From contig CAVOUB010000004.1 in the NCBI GenBank assembly GCA_963699495.1, positions 4,865 to 68,864 of the forward strand: a stretch of 64,000 bases of DNA, given 5' to 3'. The position numbers were made by a program, and so were the translations under genes. Positions 54,947 through 64,000 of the stretch are shown here, one piece after another. Under the pieces are notes generated by a model. That model saw only the letters and a list, made by a program, of their open reading frames with translations, did not search any database and was not told the origin of the DNA. This DNA comes from an uncultured Actinomycetes bacterium (GTDB taxonomy: Bacteria; Actinomycetota; Thermoleophilia; Gaiellales; Gaiellaceae). Positions within the stretch are counted from its first letter, which is position 1. Every line of letters starts with the position of its first letter.

Positions 54947-56840
54947 TCAGAGTCTAGCAGCGGTTCGAAGCTCCTCCGCAAGGGCATCTGCAGAAGTCAC
55001 CGACTGTTCACCGCCGCGCCTCCGGACCGACACGGAGTCGAGTGACTCGCGGTCGCCCCAGACCACGACGTACGGGAACCTTGTCGAGCTCAGCGTCACG
55101 GATCCGCCGGCCGAGCGTCTCGTCCCGCTCGTCGACCCGGACGCGGAAGCCTTCGGCACGCAGCCGGTCGGCCAGGGACTCGGCCTCTGCCAGGTGCGGA
55201 GCGGAGACCGGGAGGATCCGCACCTGCTCGGGCGCCAGGAAGACCGGCAGGTCGCCGCCCGTGTGCTCGAGGTAGACGCCGATGAAGCGCTCCAGCGAGC
55301 CGAGGAGCGCCCGGTGGATCATGGCCGGCGTGTGCTCGGCGTTGTCGTCTCCCTGGTAGGTGAGGCCGAAGCGCTTCGGCATCTGCAGGTCGAGCTGGAC
55401 GGTGCCGAGCTGCCAGCTGCGGCCGAGCGAGTCCGACATGTGCAGGTCGATCTTCGGGCCGTAGAACGAGCCCTCCCCTTCGCTCTCCGTGTACTCGAGC
55501 CCTTTCGAAGCGAGCGCCTTGCGCAGCTCCTCCTCGGCGAAGTCCCACTCCTCGTCCGTTCCCAGCTTGTTGTCGGGCCGCAGCGACAGCTCGACGCGCA
55601 TGTCGAGGTCGAAGAGGTCGTAGAGGTAGTACGCGTAGTCGAGGCACGCGAGCAGCTCGTCCTGGATCTGGTCCACCGTGCAGTAGATGTGAGCGTCGTC
55701 CTGCACGAAGTGGCGCACGCGCAGCAGGCCGTGCAGGACGCCGGAGAGCTCGTTCCGATGCAGGTTGCCGGCCTCGGCGATGCGCAGGGGCAGCTCGCGG
55801 TAGCTGTGCGGCGAGAGCGAGTAGAGGAGGCAATGCCCGGGGCAGTTCATGGGCTTGAGGCCGAAGTCGCGGCCCTCGATCTCGAGCCGGAACATGTGCT
55901 CCTGGTACTTGTCCCAGTGCCCCGAGGTGCGCCACAGGTCGGAGTCGTAGAGCTGGGGCGTGCGTACCTCCTCGTAGCCGCGCCTGGCGTTCTCACGCCG
56001 GCGCAGATCCTCGAGGACGTTCCAGATCACCATCCCGCGCGGATGCCAGAAGGGCATTCCCGGCGCCAGCTCCGAGAAGTCGAAGAGCTCGAGCTCCTTC
56101 CCGAGCCGCCGGTGGTCGCGGCGCTTTGCCTCCTCGATCCGGTGCAGGTGGTCCTCCAGGTCCTGCGGGTCGAAGAACGCGGTCCCGTACACCCGCGTGA
56201 GCTGCGGCCGGTTCTCGTCGCCTCGCCAGTAGGCGCCCGCGAGCGAGAGGAGCTTCACGGCCTTGATCGGCTCGGCGTTCTGGAGATGCGGCCCGCGGCA
56301 GAGGTCGACGAAGTCGCCCTGCCGGTAGAAGGAGATGTCCCCTTCGGCGGTGTCGACGAGCTCGACCTTGAAGGGCTCGCCCTCCTGCTCGAAGTACGCG
56401 CGCGCCTCGTCGCGGCTCGTTTCCCAGCGATCCCAGCGGCGGCCCTCCGCGATCTCGCGGCGCATCTCGTCCTCGAGGCGCTCGAGCGCTTCCTCGGTGA
56501 CGGGCTCGGGGAACTCGAAGTCGTAGTAGAAGCCGTTCTCGATCGGCGGCCCGATGGCCACCTTCGTTCCCGGGTACAGCCGCCGGGCCGCCTCGGCGAG
56601 CAGGTGCGCGGCCGAATGGCGGAGGACGGAGAGAGCGTCCGGGTCCTCGCGATCGCGCGTGGTGAGAATCTGGATCCGTTCGCCGTCCTCGAGCGGCAGC
56701 CGCAGGTCGCGCACGCTGCCGTTCGCGCGCACGAGCACGGCCTGCTCGGCGAGCTTCGGGCCGATCGCGCGCGCGGCGTCGAGCCCGCTCGCGCCCTCGG
56801 GAAGCTCCAGCTCGGTGCTGTCGGGAAGGATCACCCGCAT
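54947..56840 (-). CDS. thrS: threonine--tRNA ligase, with a 1-nt frame disruption at about 55074-55076
   Basis: TGS domain, editing domain (HSAAHLL), class II core (FWHPRG..., MNCPGH, RVRHFVQDDAHIY). The anticodon-binding domain continues as PYVVVWGDRESLDSVSVRRRGGEQ... only in the frame of track ORF 54947..55159. Confidence 0.9.
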
Positions 56841-57081
56841 GGAGACAGAGAATACTCAGCGCCAAGTGCCGGCCCCCGGACCCAGGACGTCCCGACGGCC
56901 GGCTCGACCGCGGGGCCCAGGAGGGTTTGGCGGAATGTCGCTCGTCGCCGGGGTGCGATGGTCGTTCCGAGGCAAGGACGCAGGGAGCGCTCGTAGCGAA
57001 GAGCTACGGGCGCGACCGAGGACGCAGCATCGGGGCGAACAGCGCGGCTCGGCGGCACAGCCGTAATTTCGTCAAACCCTC

Positions 57082-57501
57082 CTAGTTGGGTCTGGCGAAA
57101 CGGGTCCGCAGCTCACTCGAAAGGATGAGGGCGAGGTCGAGAACGAAGAGGGCGATCGCCACGTCGTTTGCGACTGGTGCCCAGCCCTCCTCCGGAAAGA
57201 GCTGATTTGCGGCCCAGAACAGGAACGCGGCGCTCAACAAGACGCGCTTGAGCAGATCGAGTGGTTCCGGCGTCCAGGTGGCGTGAAAAGCAAGGCAGGC
57301 GAGCGCAATGGCGACCAGCGGAAGAGCAGAGACGACCCTCCGCGCGTCGCTGTCACGAAACGTCGGCCAAGCATCGAGCACGAGAAGCACGACGCTGCCG
57401 ATCAGAGCTACGCCTACCAGAAGGACGGTCACCGCCCGCACAGGCCGAACGATAGTTACGCGCCCAGCGGACGAGCCCGCACGCGCAACCGGTTTCGCCA
57501 A
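57082..57501 (-). CDS. four-TM membrane protein, hypothetical
   Basis: 139-aa hydrophobic ORF in a visibly lower-GC stretch. TTG start with very short SD spacing, so the start is uncertain. Confidence 0.5.
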   Translation of the reverse strand: MAKPVARAGSSAGRVTIVRPVRAVTVLLVGVALIGSVVLLVLDAWPTFRDSDARRVVSALPLVAIALACLAFHATWTPEPLDLLKRVLLSAAFLFWAANQLFPEEGWAPVANDVAIALFVLDLALILSSELRTRFARPN

Positions 57502-57510
57502 GTCCTCCTG

Positions 57511-57708
57511 CTAGAGGTGCCGCCCGCTCTGGCGGAAGTCCACGACGGCCTGGGCGAAGCCCGCGCCGACGATCAGGAGCAACAGGACGCCGAGCCCACT
57601 GGCGACGTCGTTCTCGGCACCGAGGATCAAGGCAACGCCGACCAGCCCGAACAGGGGCATGACGACCAGCCGGCTGAGTGCGATCCCTCGCAGAAGACGC
57701 CAGTTCAC
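57511..57708 (-). CDS. small two-TM protein, hypothetical
   Basis: Only the last 65 aa of track ORF 57511..57903 look coding (LSRLVVMPLFGLVGVALILG...GVLLLLIVGAGF). A GTG start is inferred. Confidence 0.35.
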   Translation of the reverse strand: MNWRLLRGIALSRLVVMPLFGLVGVALILGAENDVASGLGVLLLLIVGAGFAQAVVDFRQSGRHL

Positions 57709-57719
57709 GTCAACTGAAC

Positions 57720-58349
57720 CTAGGTGGTGCCGGTCGTGCTGGCAAGGGCCCGGACGATCGCGTCGCCGCCCTCCTCCAGGACCGGCTCGCCGTGGGAGAC
57801 GACCACGAGCTCGACGGGAAGGTCTCGGAGCGGCCCGAGCGCCGAGCGAAGCCCCTCGCGGCGAAGGCCGCTCGGCAGGTAGCGGAGCCATGAGTCCGGG
57901 CACAGGCGCAGGCCGCCGCGATCGTCTCCGAGCAGCCGGTCGCCGGGGATGAGCGCGCGCAGCTCGGGGAGCCAGACCATGGTCTCGCCCGCCCCGCGGA
58001 TGGGGAGCGTGACGACGCCCGGCGGCAGCGACTCTCGCGCGCGCGAGGTGGACGCGCCGTAGCGCGCGGCAAGCTCGGCGCGACTACGGCGGTGGAACTT
58101 CAGCGTCGTCAGGATCACGACCGGGCGCCCGTGCTCGCGTACGAGCTCGTCGAGCTCGCGCTGGAGCTCGGGCCGGTCACCGGGCACGAGCGGATCGACG
58201 AGGACGAGCGCGTCCGGCCCCGCCCAGGCGACGGAGCCGACGTTCGGGCCCCAGTCGGCCGGGCTCCCCGGGTTCGGGTCCGGGTCGGCGTCCGGGTGAA
58301 GCGCGATCCAGCGAAAGAGCCCGGGGCGCAGCTCGTCGAGGTCGCTCAC
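57720..58349 (-). CDS. MBL-fold-like hypothetical protein (no canonical HxHxDH)
   Basis: ALVLVDPLVPG...VVILTTLKFHRRS...VVVSHGEPV layout resembles a degenerate metallo-beta-lactamase fold. GTG 58349 overlaps the upstream stop as GTGA. Confidence 0.5.
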   Translation of the reverse strand: MSDLDELRPGLFRWIALHPDADPDPNPGSPADWGPNVGSVAWAGPDALVLVDPLVPGDRPELQRELDELVREHGRPVVILTTLKFHRRSRAELAARYGASTSRARESLPPGVVTLPIRGAGETMVWLPELRALIPGDRLLGDDRGGLRLCPDSWLRYLPSGLRREGLRSALGPLRDLPVELVVVSHGEPVLEEGGDAIVRALASTTGTT

Positions 58350-58702
58350 TCGCCCTCGACGGCGGAGCGCAGGTGCGGGGGCGCCTTGAGCCAGTAGCTC
58401 TCCCGGAGCCACTCGAGCGCCGCCTCCAGGGACTCGTCGTCGGCCACCTCCGCCGTGACCCAGCCGTAGCGGCCCACGTACCGCGCCGTGCTCACGTACG
58501 GGAGGAGCTGGGCAATCTCGCGCTCCTCCGCCGTCAGCTTGACGGTCAGACGCACGCATTCCTCCGCGACGGACATCGAAGCGAACATGCGGTTCTCGGC
58601 CACCTTGAAGACGGGGTTGCCCCAGGGCTCGTCCTCGTAGGTCTCCGGCAGGGAGAGCGCCAGCTCGCGCAGGCGCTCGGCCAGGTCGTCGAGGTCGGGC
58701 AC
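58346..58702 (-). CDS. MmcQ/YjbR-family protein
   Basis: LRELALSLPETYEDEPWGNPVFKVAENRMFA...GWVTAEV pattern. Confidence 0.8.
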   Translation of the reverse strand: MPDLDDLAERLRELALSLPETYEDEPWGNPVFKVAENRMFASMSVAEECVRLTVKLTAEEREIAQLLPYVSTARYVGRYGWVTAEVADDESLEAALEWLRESYWLKAPPHLRSAVEGE

Positions 58703-58951
58703 GCGGCCAGCCTATCCGGTCCGCGGGGCCGCTCTTCCCCTCGCGCGCAATTGTGAGGATTCTGCAAATTTTTGGAGTTACCGGCAGCTCTCGGCCGTGG
58801 AGAGGCGTACCCTCTCATGCCACGGGTCGGAGGCCCCGGAGCTGGCCGCAGGCTCCCGGATCTCTCCCCCGGCTCGTAGCCCACGGACGCCGAGGCGGAG
58901 CCCCGCCGCAACGGGCTCCGCCTCGCGTACGTACCTCATGCGCGCAGCCGG

Positions 58952-59227
58952 CTACGGCCCGATCCAGGCCATTGCCAGGCTCGGGCAGGCGTTGCCCGAG
59001 CAGAGCGCGGTGCCGACGTCGCCGCCGGAGTTCTGGCGGAGCTGGACCTCGACGTACTGGCCGGCGGTCATGCGGGTGATCGTGGTGACGACCTGGCCGA
59101 GCCCGTCGGCGCCCGTGACGGTGTCGTTGGCGATCTGGTTGCCGTTCCGCAGGATCTGGACGTTACGGAAGCCGCCTCCGCCGCCCAGCCGATGTCGGCG
59201 GAGCACGAAAGAGGCCCGCGCCCCCAC
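58952..59227 (-). pseudogene. orphan C-terminal fragment of a beta-sandwich (C1q/tail-fibre-like) protein
   Basis: FRNVQILRNGNQIANDTVTGADGLGQVVTTITRMTAGQYVEVQLRQNSGG... looks like the last strands of a C1q-like jelly roll. Its nominal GTG start sits inside the MMPL terminator hairpin, and there is no N-terminal half or RBS. Confidence 0.3.
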
Positions 59228-59245
59228 GGAAGGGGCGCGGGCCTC
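59205..59245 (-). terminator. intrinsic terminator after the MMPL gene
   Basis: Minus strand: GAGGCCCGCGCCCC-TTCCGT-GGGGGCGCGGGCCTC (14-bp perfect stem) followed by TTTCG, about 20 nt after the TAA at 59265-59267. Confidence 0.7.
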
Positions 59246-59264
59246 GCGGAAGGAGCGGCCGGGC

Positions 59265-61487
59265 TTAGCGGCCCGCGGGCGCCGGGGCGGGGACGGCCGT
59301 CGGAGCGGACTCGGTCTCGTGCGAGACCTGCGGCAGCCACTCCAGCCAGCTCGGCAGGTACCAGTTCCAGTCGCCGAGGAGCTTCATGGCCGACGGGAGG
59401 AGCACGGCCCGGACGATCGTCGCGTCGATCAGGATCGCCGCGGCGAGCCCGACGCCGGCCTGCTTCATGTCGATCGTCGAGAGCGTCGCGAAGATCGAGA
59501 ACACCGCGACCATCACGATCGCCGCCGCGGTGACGACGCCGGCCGTCGTCTTGATGCCGTGGGTCACGGCCGCGTCGGTGTCGAGCCCGCGGTCGTAGGC
59601 CTCGCGGATCCGGCTGAGGATGAACACGTGGTAGTCCATCGACAGGCCGAAGAGGATCACGAACATGAAGAGCGGGAGCCAGGCGGTGATCGCGCCGGTC
59701 GACTCGAAGCCGAGGAGCGACTCGCCCCAGCCCCACTGGAAGACGATGACGAGGAGCCCGTAGGCGGCCGCCACCGAGAGGACGTTGAGGATGACCGCCT
59801 TCGCCGCGATCACGATCGAGCGGAAGGCGACCAGCAGGAGCCCGAAGGCCAGGAGCAGGACGAACGCGAAGACGTACGGCGCCCGGTCCTTCGTGAGCTG
59901 GCTGAAGTCGTACGAGGAGGCGGCCTCGCCCGTGACCGCGACGTCGACTCCGTCGACTGCGCCGATCGTGGCGGGGATGACGTCCTCGCGCAGGGTGAGC
60001 AGCGCCGCGGTGGAGGCGTCGTCGGTACCCGTGCCGGCGAGCGGCACGGAGATGACCGCCACGGTCCCGGCGTCGTTCGCCTGCACCTCGATCGGATCCT
60101 CCATCTGCCCCGTGGCGAGCGCCTGCTTGCGGAAGTCGGCGAGCGCGGCCTCGAACTCGGGGGAGGTGACGTCGTCGGCCTCGACGGCCACGACGGCGGG
60201 AAGCGGGCCGCCCGGGAAGGCTGCCTGGATCCGGTCGTAGGTCTGCATGATCGGGATCTCGCGCGGGAGGCTCGAGATGCCGGGGAACGCCGTGTGCATC
60301 CCGAACGCCGGCAGGGCGAGGAGCACCAGCAGGCTTGCCGAGGCGACGGCCGAGACGAGCGGGCGCCGCAGCACGCGGTCGAGGATGGCGCCCCAGACGC
60401 GGGAGTCGCCGCCCTTGCGGCTCAGCCGGTGGACCAACGGGATCTTCCCCTTCTCGACGCGGTCGCCGAGCCAGGAGAGGAGCGCCGGGAGCACCGTCAG
60501 CGAGCCCGCGACGGCGATGGCGACGACCATGATCGTGCCGATCGCGATCGAGGTCCAGATCGCCGTCCCGCCGAAGAAGAGCCCGGCGAGCGCGATGATC
60601 ACGGTCAGCCCGGAGATCAGCACGGCCCGGCCCGAGGTGGCGGCGGCGGCCTCGAGCGCGGCAGCGGAGCCCTTGCCGGCCGCCCGCTCTTCCCGCTCGC
60701 GCTTGAGGTAGAAGAGCGAATAGTCGACGCCGACCGCGAGGCCGATGAGGAGGATGATCGACGCGGAGGCGTCGTCCATCGGGACGAGCTGGCTCGGGAC
60801 TGCGAGGAGCCCGAGGGTGGCCATCACGGCGGAGAGGCCGAGCAGCAGCGGAATCCCGGCGGCAACCGCGGCGCCGAAGACGATCAGCAGGATGCCGAGG
60901 GTCAGGGGGACGGCCGTGAACTCGGCCCGCTGGAAGTCGGAGGCGATGGTGTCGTCGACCGACTTCTCGCCGCTCGCGGAGCCGAACCCGTCGACGGTGA
61001 AGCCGGGGTTGGCGGCCTCGACGGCCGCCACGGACTCGAGGATCGGGTCGATCCGGTCGACCGCGCCGGTGCCCGCGTCGGAGAGGTCGTACTGGACGAG
61101 GACGGCGTGGCCGTCGGGGGAGACGAGCGCCGGGTCGTCGGCCGGGGAGCGGATGCCGGAGACCCCGTCCGTGGCGGAGAGGCGGGCGACGACGTCGGCG
61201 ACGACGGCCTGGAACTCCGGGCTCGAAGCCGCGAGCGATTCGCTTTCGACGAACACGGACTCGTCGACCGTGTCGCCGAACCCGCCGCGGTCGATGATGT
61301 GCAGCGCGCGGCCGGAGTCGCCGGCCTCGGCGTCGGCGGGATCGAGGGACTTCGTCCCGATCACGCTGCCGAGCGCGACGGCGACGAACACGAACGCGAG
61401 CCACCCGAAGATCGCGGTCTTCCGGTGGGCAGCGCTCCAGCGGCCCATGCGGGCTGCGAGGTTCTGAGACTTGGCGAGAGGGGTCAT
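59265..61487 (-). CDS. MMPL-family (RND superfamily) membrane transporter
   Basis: Two 6-TM bundles, each preceded by a large soluble loop. ATG 61487 is preceded by AAGGAAGGA; the track ORF starts 19 codons earlier. Confidence 0.9.
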   Translation of the reverse strand: MTPLAKSQNLAARMGRWSAAHRKTAIFGWLAFVFVAVALGSVIGTKSLDPADAEAGDSGRALHIIDRGGFGDTVDESVFVESESLAASSPEFQAVVADVVARLSATDGVSGIRSPADDPALVSPDGHAVLVQYDLSDAGTGAVDRIDPILESVAAVEAANPGFTVDGFGSASGEKSVDDTIASDFQRAEFTAVPLTLGILLIVFGAAVAAGIPLLLGLSAVMATLGLLAVPSQLVPMDDASASIILLIGLAVGVDYSLFYLKREREERAAGKGSAAALEAAAATSGRAVLISGLTVIIALAGLFFGGTAIWTSIAIGTIMVVAIAVAGSLTVLPALLSWLGDRVEKGKIPLVHRLSRKGGDSRVWGAILDRVLRRPLVSAVASASLLVLLALPAFGMHTAFPGISSLPREIPIMQTYDRIQAAFPGGPLPAVVAVEADDVTSPEFEAALADFRKQALATGQMEDPIEVQANDAGTVAVISVPLAGTGTDDASTAALLTLREDVIPATIGAVDGVDVAVTGEAASSYDFSQLTKDRAPYVFAFVLLLAFGLLLVAFRSIVIAAKAVILNVLSVAAAYGLLVIVFQWGWGESLLGFESTGAITAWLPLFMFVILFGLSMDYHVFILSRIREAYDRGLDTDAAVTHGIKTTAGVVTAAAIVMVAVFSIFATLSTIDMKQAGVGLAAAILIDATIVRAVLLPSAMKLLGDWNWYLPSWLEWLPQVSHETESAPTAVPAPAPAGR

Positions 61488-61595
61488 TTCATCCTTCCTT
61501 GGGTTCTTGTTGGCGTGGTCGCAGGCTCGCAGCCGTGGCGCCAAGCGGGAATGAGGCCACCCCGCGTCTTGGGGTGGGGGTAGCGCGAGGTCGCC

Positions 61596-62873
61596 CTAGG
61601 CGGCTAGCGCGAGCTCGTCGAAAGCTGCGAGGACCGGCTCGCCGAGCTCGGCCTCTTGCTCCTCGCTGCGGAAGGCGTTCAGGAAGGGCAGCGAGAGGAG
61701 GATCGGGGCGCCGATGGCGACCCACATGGCCCCGTAGCCGTTCGTGGACGGGAAGACGGGGGCGAGCACGTCGATGGCGACGCCGACCACGATGGGCCCG
61801 ACAACGGCGCCCAGGGCGCGGGAGAAAGCGAAGAGGCCGGTGAGGGCGCCCTCGGCCCCTGCAGGCGTCATCCCGACCAGGATCCCGTAGGGGAGCGTCA
61901 TCACGACCGCGCCTGCCAGGGCGATGAAGGGCAGGCCGATCAGGAACGAGTCGAGCGAGCCGAGCCCCGCGCCGACGAGGAGGCCGACGCCGTAGACCCA
62001 GATGGAGATTCGCATGAGCCGGTGGATGCCGACCGCGTCGGCCAGCCTCCCGGCCCCGAAGGACGCGATCACGTAGGCGCCGGCGACGACGCCGATGACG
62101 GCGGAAGCCGTGCCCACCGACTCGCCGAGGCCCTTGACGACGAAGAGCACGATGAAGGTCTTCAGGCCCATGAACGAGAGCTCCCAGAGAGCGTTCGCGG
62201 CCACGAACGCGCGCACGTCCGAGCGCTCGCGCACGAGCTGGAAGACACCTGGGCCCGCCTTGGGGCGCTCGGCCGGAGCCGGAGCCGGAGCCTTGCGCTC
62301 CTTCCCGCGCACCTCACGCACGAGCACCACCGTGGCGAGCACGGCGGCGCCGGCGGCGAGGAAGAACGGGAGCGGCGTCCACACGGACAGGAGGAGCCCG
62401 CCGGCGACGAGGGCGACTCCGAGCCCCAGCCCCCGCATGACGCCTTGCCAGCCCTGCGCCCGGCCCTGGTGGGAAGCGGGCACGAGCTCGGCGAACAGCG
62501 CCTGGTACGGCGGGTAGTAGACGTGGTAGCCGACGAAGAAGAGGGAGACGAGGGCGACCGTCTCGGCGTACCCGTGCGCGAAGGGGAGGATGACGAGCGG
62601 CGCGACCAGGAGCGGCACCCCGATCAGCGCGTAGGGGATCCGCCGCCCGAAGCGGCTCTGCGTCCGGTCGGAGAGGGAGCCGACCAGCAGCGGCAGGAAG
62701 AGCGCGAAGGCGCCCTCGGCTCCGACCGCGATCCCGATCGCGCCCGCCGAGGACGTCGCCTCTCCGAGCAGGAGGGGCGCGTAGGTCGTCAGGACGCTGA
62801 TCCCGAGCGCCAGCGCGAAGGTGGGGAGAGCCAGCGCTCCCAGGAAACGGCTGCTGCGGGCCGCCGGCTGCAC
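61596..62873 (-). CDS. MFS transporter
   Basis: 12 predicted TMs and an MFS loop 2-3 motif, GSLSDRTQSRFGRR. Confidence 0.9.
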   Translation of the reverse strand: MQPAARSSRFLGALALPTFALALGISVLTTYAPLLLGEATSSAGAIGIAVGAEGAFALFLPLLVGSLSDRTQSRFGRRIPYALIGVPLLVAPLVILPFAHGYAETVALVSLFFVGYHVYYPPYQALFAELVPASHQGRAQGWQGVMRGLGLGVALVAGGLLLSVWTPLPFFLAAGAAVLATVVLVREVRGKERKAPAPAPAERPKAGPGVFQLVRERSDVRAFVAANALWELSFMGLKTFIVLFVVKGLGESVGTASAVIGVVAGAYVIASFGAGRLADAVGIHRLMRISIWVYGVGLLVGAGLGSLDSFLIGLPFIALAGAVVMTLPYGILVGMTPAGAEGALTGLFAFSRALGAVVGPIVVGVAIDVLAPVFPSTNGYGAMWVAIGAPILLSLPFLNAFRSEEQEAELGEPVLAAFDELALAA

Positions 62874-62876
62874 CGG

Positions 62877-62978
62877 CTAGCCCGCGACGGCCCAGCGCAT
62901 GCCGCGAACGGTCCAGCCGCCCACCGCGAGCACCAGAATTCCGACGATCACCGCACCGATGAGGAATGTCTGCTTCAT
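62877..62978 (-). CDS. possible 33-aa single-TM peptide upstream of the MFS gene
   Basis: ATG 62978 to TAG 62877: MKQTFLIGAVIVGILVLAVGGWTVRGMRWAVAG. The stop is 3 nt before the MFS GTG. Weak RBS, and below the ORF-track size cut-off. Confidence 0.3.
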   Translation of the reverse strand: MKQTFLIGAVIVGILVLAVGGWTVRGMRWAVAG

Positions 62979-63075
62979 GCCGCCACTCTCGCGCCTCGCC
63001 TAGAGGACGGGAATGGGGCCAGCCTGCTTCCCGCGGTGCGGTTTCCCGCACCGGCAGTGGCGGGTTACTGGCCGG

Positions 63076-63720
63076 TTACTGCCGAAGGTAGGTGAGCACG
63101 GCAAGCACGCGGCGGTGATCCTCGGACGCGTGCGGGAGCCTGAGCTTCCCGAAGATGCTCGTCACATGCTTCTCGACCGCGCGCTCGGTCACGACCAGCT
63201 GGTCGGCGATGCCCCGGTTGGAGCGGCCCTGCGCCATGTGCTCCAGGACCTCGCGCTCGCGCGGGGTCAGCTGGTCGATGGGGTCGTCGCGACGGCGCCT
63301 GCCGACCAGCTGGGAGACGATCGCCGGGTCGAGAGCCGACCCGCCCTCCCCCACCCGCCGCACCGCGGCGGCGAACTCGTCCACGTTCGAGACGCGGTCC
63401 TTGAGCAGGTAGCCGACTCCCTCGGCGCTCTCGGCGAGGAGCTCCATGGCGTACGCCGGCTCCACGTACTGCGAGAGGACGAGGACGCCGACCTCCGGGT
63501 ACGTCTCGCGGATCTCCTGGGCGGCCTTGAGCCCCTCGTCCGTGTGGGTCGGAGGCATGCGGATGTCGACGATGACGACATTCGGTGAGTAGCTCCGCAC
63601 CTTGAGCATGAGGTCCTCGGCGGAGCCCGTCTGCGCGACCACCTCGAAGCCCTGGTCCTCGAGCAGGCGGGCCACGCCCTCGCGGAGGAGGACGGAGTCC
63701 TCGGCGAGGACTACCCGCAC
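63076..63720 (-). CDS. NarL/FixJ (LuxR)-family response regulator
   Basis: REC domain (VVLAEDSVLLREG...VDIRMPP) plus LuxR HTH (LTPREREVLEHMAQGRSNRGIADQLVVTERAVEKHV). Confidence 0.95.
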   Translation of the reverse strand: MRVVLAEDSVLLREGVARLLEDQGFEVVAQTGSAEDLMLKVRSYSPNVVIVDIRMPPTHTDEGLKAAQEIRETYPEVGVLVLSQYVEPAYAMELLAESAEGVGYLLKDRVSNVDEFAAAVRRVGEGGSALDPAIVSQLVGRRRRDDPIDQLTPREREVLEHMAQGRSNRGIADQLVVTERAVEKHVTSIFGKLRLPHASEDHRRVLAVLTYLRQ

Positions 63721-64000
63721 GGGATCTCCACCCGGATGCGCGTTCCCCGCCCCGGCGGGCTCTCCACCTGGAGACGCCCGTCGAGCGCCTCGACGCGGTC
63801 GACGAGGCCACGCAGGCCCGAGCCCTTGCTGGGGTCGGCCCCGCCCACGCCGTCGTCGGCAACCTCGACCACTGCGTGTCCGTTCACGGACGCGATGCTA
63901 ACTGCGACCGAGGACGCCTGGGCGTACTTGGCCACGTTCGCCAGCGCCTCGGAGACCACGTAATACGCCGCAGCCTCCACGGGCTCGGGCAGGCGATCGG
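63711..64000 (-). CDS. sensor histidine kinase, C-terminal HATPase_c part (5' end outside the window)
   Basis: EAAAYYVVSEALANVAKYA (N box), VADDGVGG (G1), GSGLRGLVDRV (G2). The frame stays open to the window edge. Confidence 0.85.
   Translation of the reverse strand, partial: DRLPEPVEAAAYYVVSEALANVAKYAQASSVAVSIASVNGHAVVEVADDGVGGADPSKGSGLRGLVDRVEALDGRLQVESPPGRGTRIRVEIPCG

Noticed and set aside
56841-57081. T-box or other leader upstream of thrS
   Set aside because: There is no T-box sequence (GGTGGTACCGCG-like) or specifier-loop architecture visible. The region is GC-rich without a clear terminator/antiterminator pair.
57082-57708. Lower-GC stretch with two small membrane-protein ORFs, considered as a possible toxin or holin-like module
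   Set aside because: There is only a compositional impression and hydrophobicity. No partner gene, motif or repeat supports any specific function, so they are kept as low-confidence hypothetical CDS.

Overview
High-GC (about 70% by eye), almost fully coding chromosomal segment of actinobacterial type (whiA next to gap-pgk-tpiA, ECF sigma factor, MMPL transporter, many GTG starts and GTGA/ATGA start-stop overlaps). Most genes are on the minus strand.

Core content:
- argS
- gap-pgk-tpiA-gpmI
- whiA, ogt, pruA, uvrC
- a 2-oxoacid:ferredoxin oxidoreductase cluster (gamma-alpha-beta plus a GltD-like/ferredoxin fusion)
- the coproheme decarboxylase chdC
- a 2-oxoacid dehydrogenase operon (E1 alpha, E1 beta, E2, lpdA)
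- pheST
- thrS-infC-rpmI-rplT-trmH
- an MMPL and an MFS transporter
- a LuxR-type two-component pair at the right edge

One RNA gene is present, tRNA-Leu(CAG) at 34630-34713 (-). I saw no rRNA, CRISPR array, transposase or integrase.

The most interesting region is a compact block directly 3' of the tRNA-Leu (about 30.2-34.6 kb). It encodes two TIR-type proteins, a 3-TM protein, a thymidylate-synthase-fold protein and an XRE-HTH fusion. I interpret it as a candidate undescribed TIR-based defence or nucleotide-modifying island; this is an inference from motifs only.

Other points:
- A Sir2-GrpB fusion.
- A 158-bp tandem duplication that copies a gene 3' end together with a palindromic element.
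- Several genes whose conserved N-termini lie upstream of any ATG/GTG/TTG.
- At least six single-nucleotide frame disruptions. One is in essential thrS, so assembly indel errors must be considered before calling any of them pseudogenes.

All family assignments come from reading the translated ORFs and remembered motifs; no searches were run.
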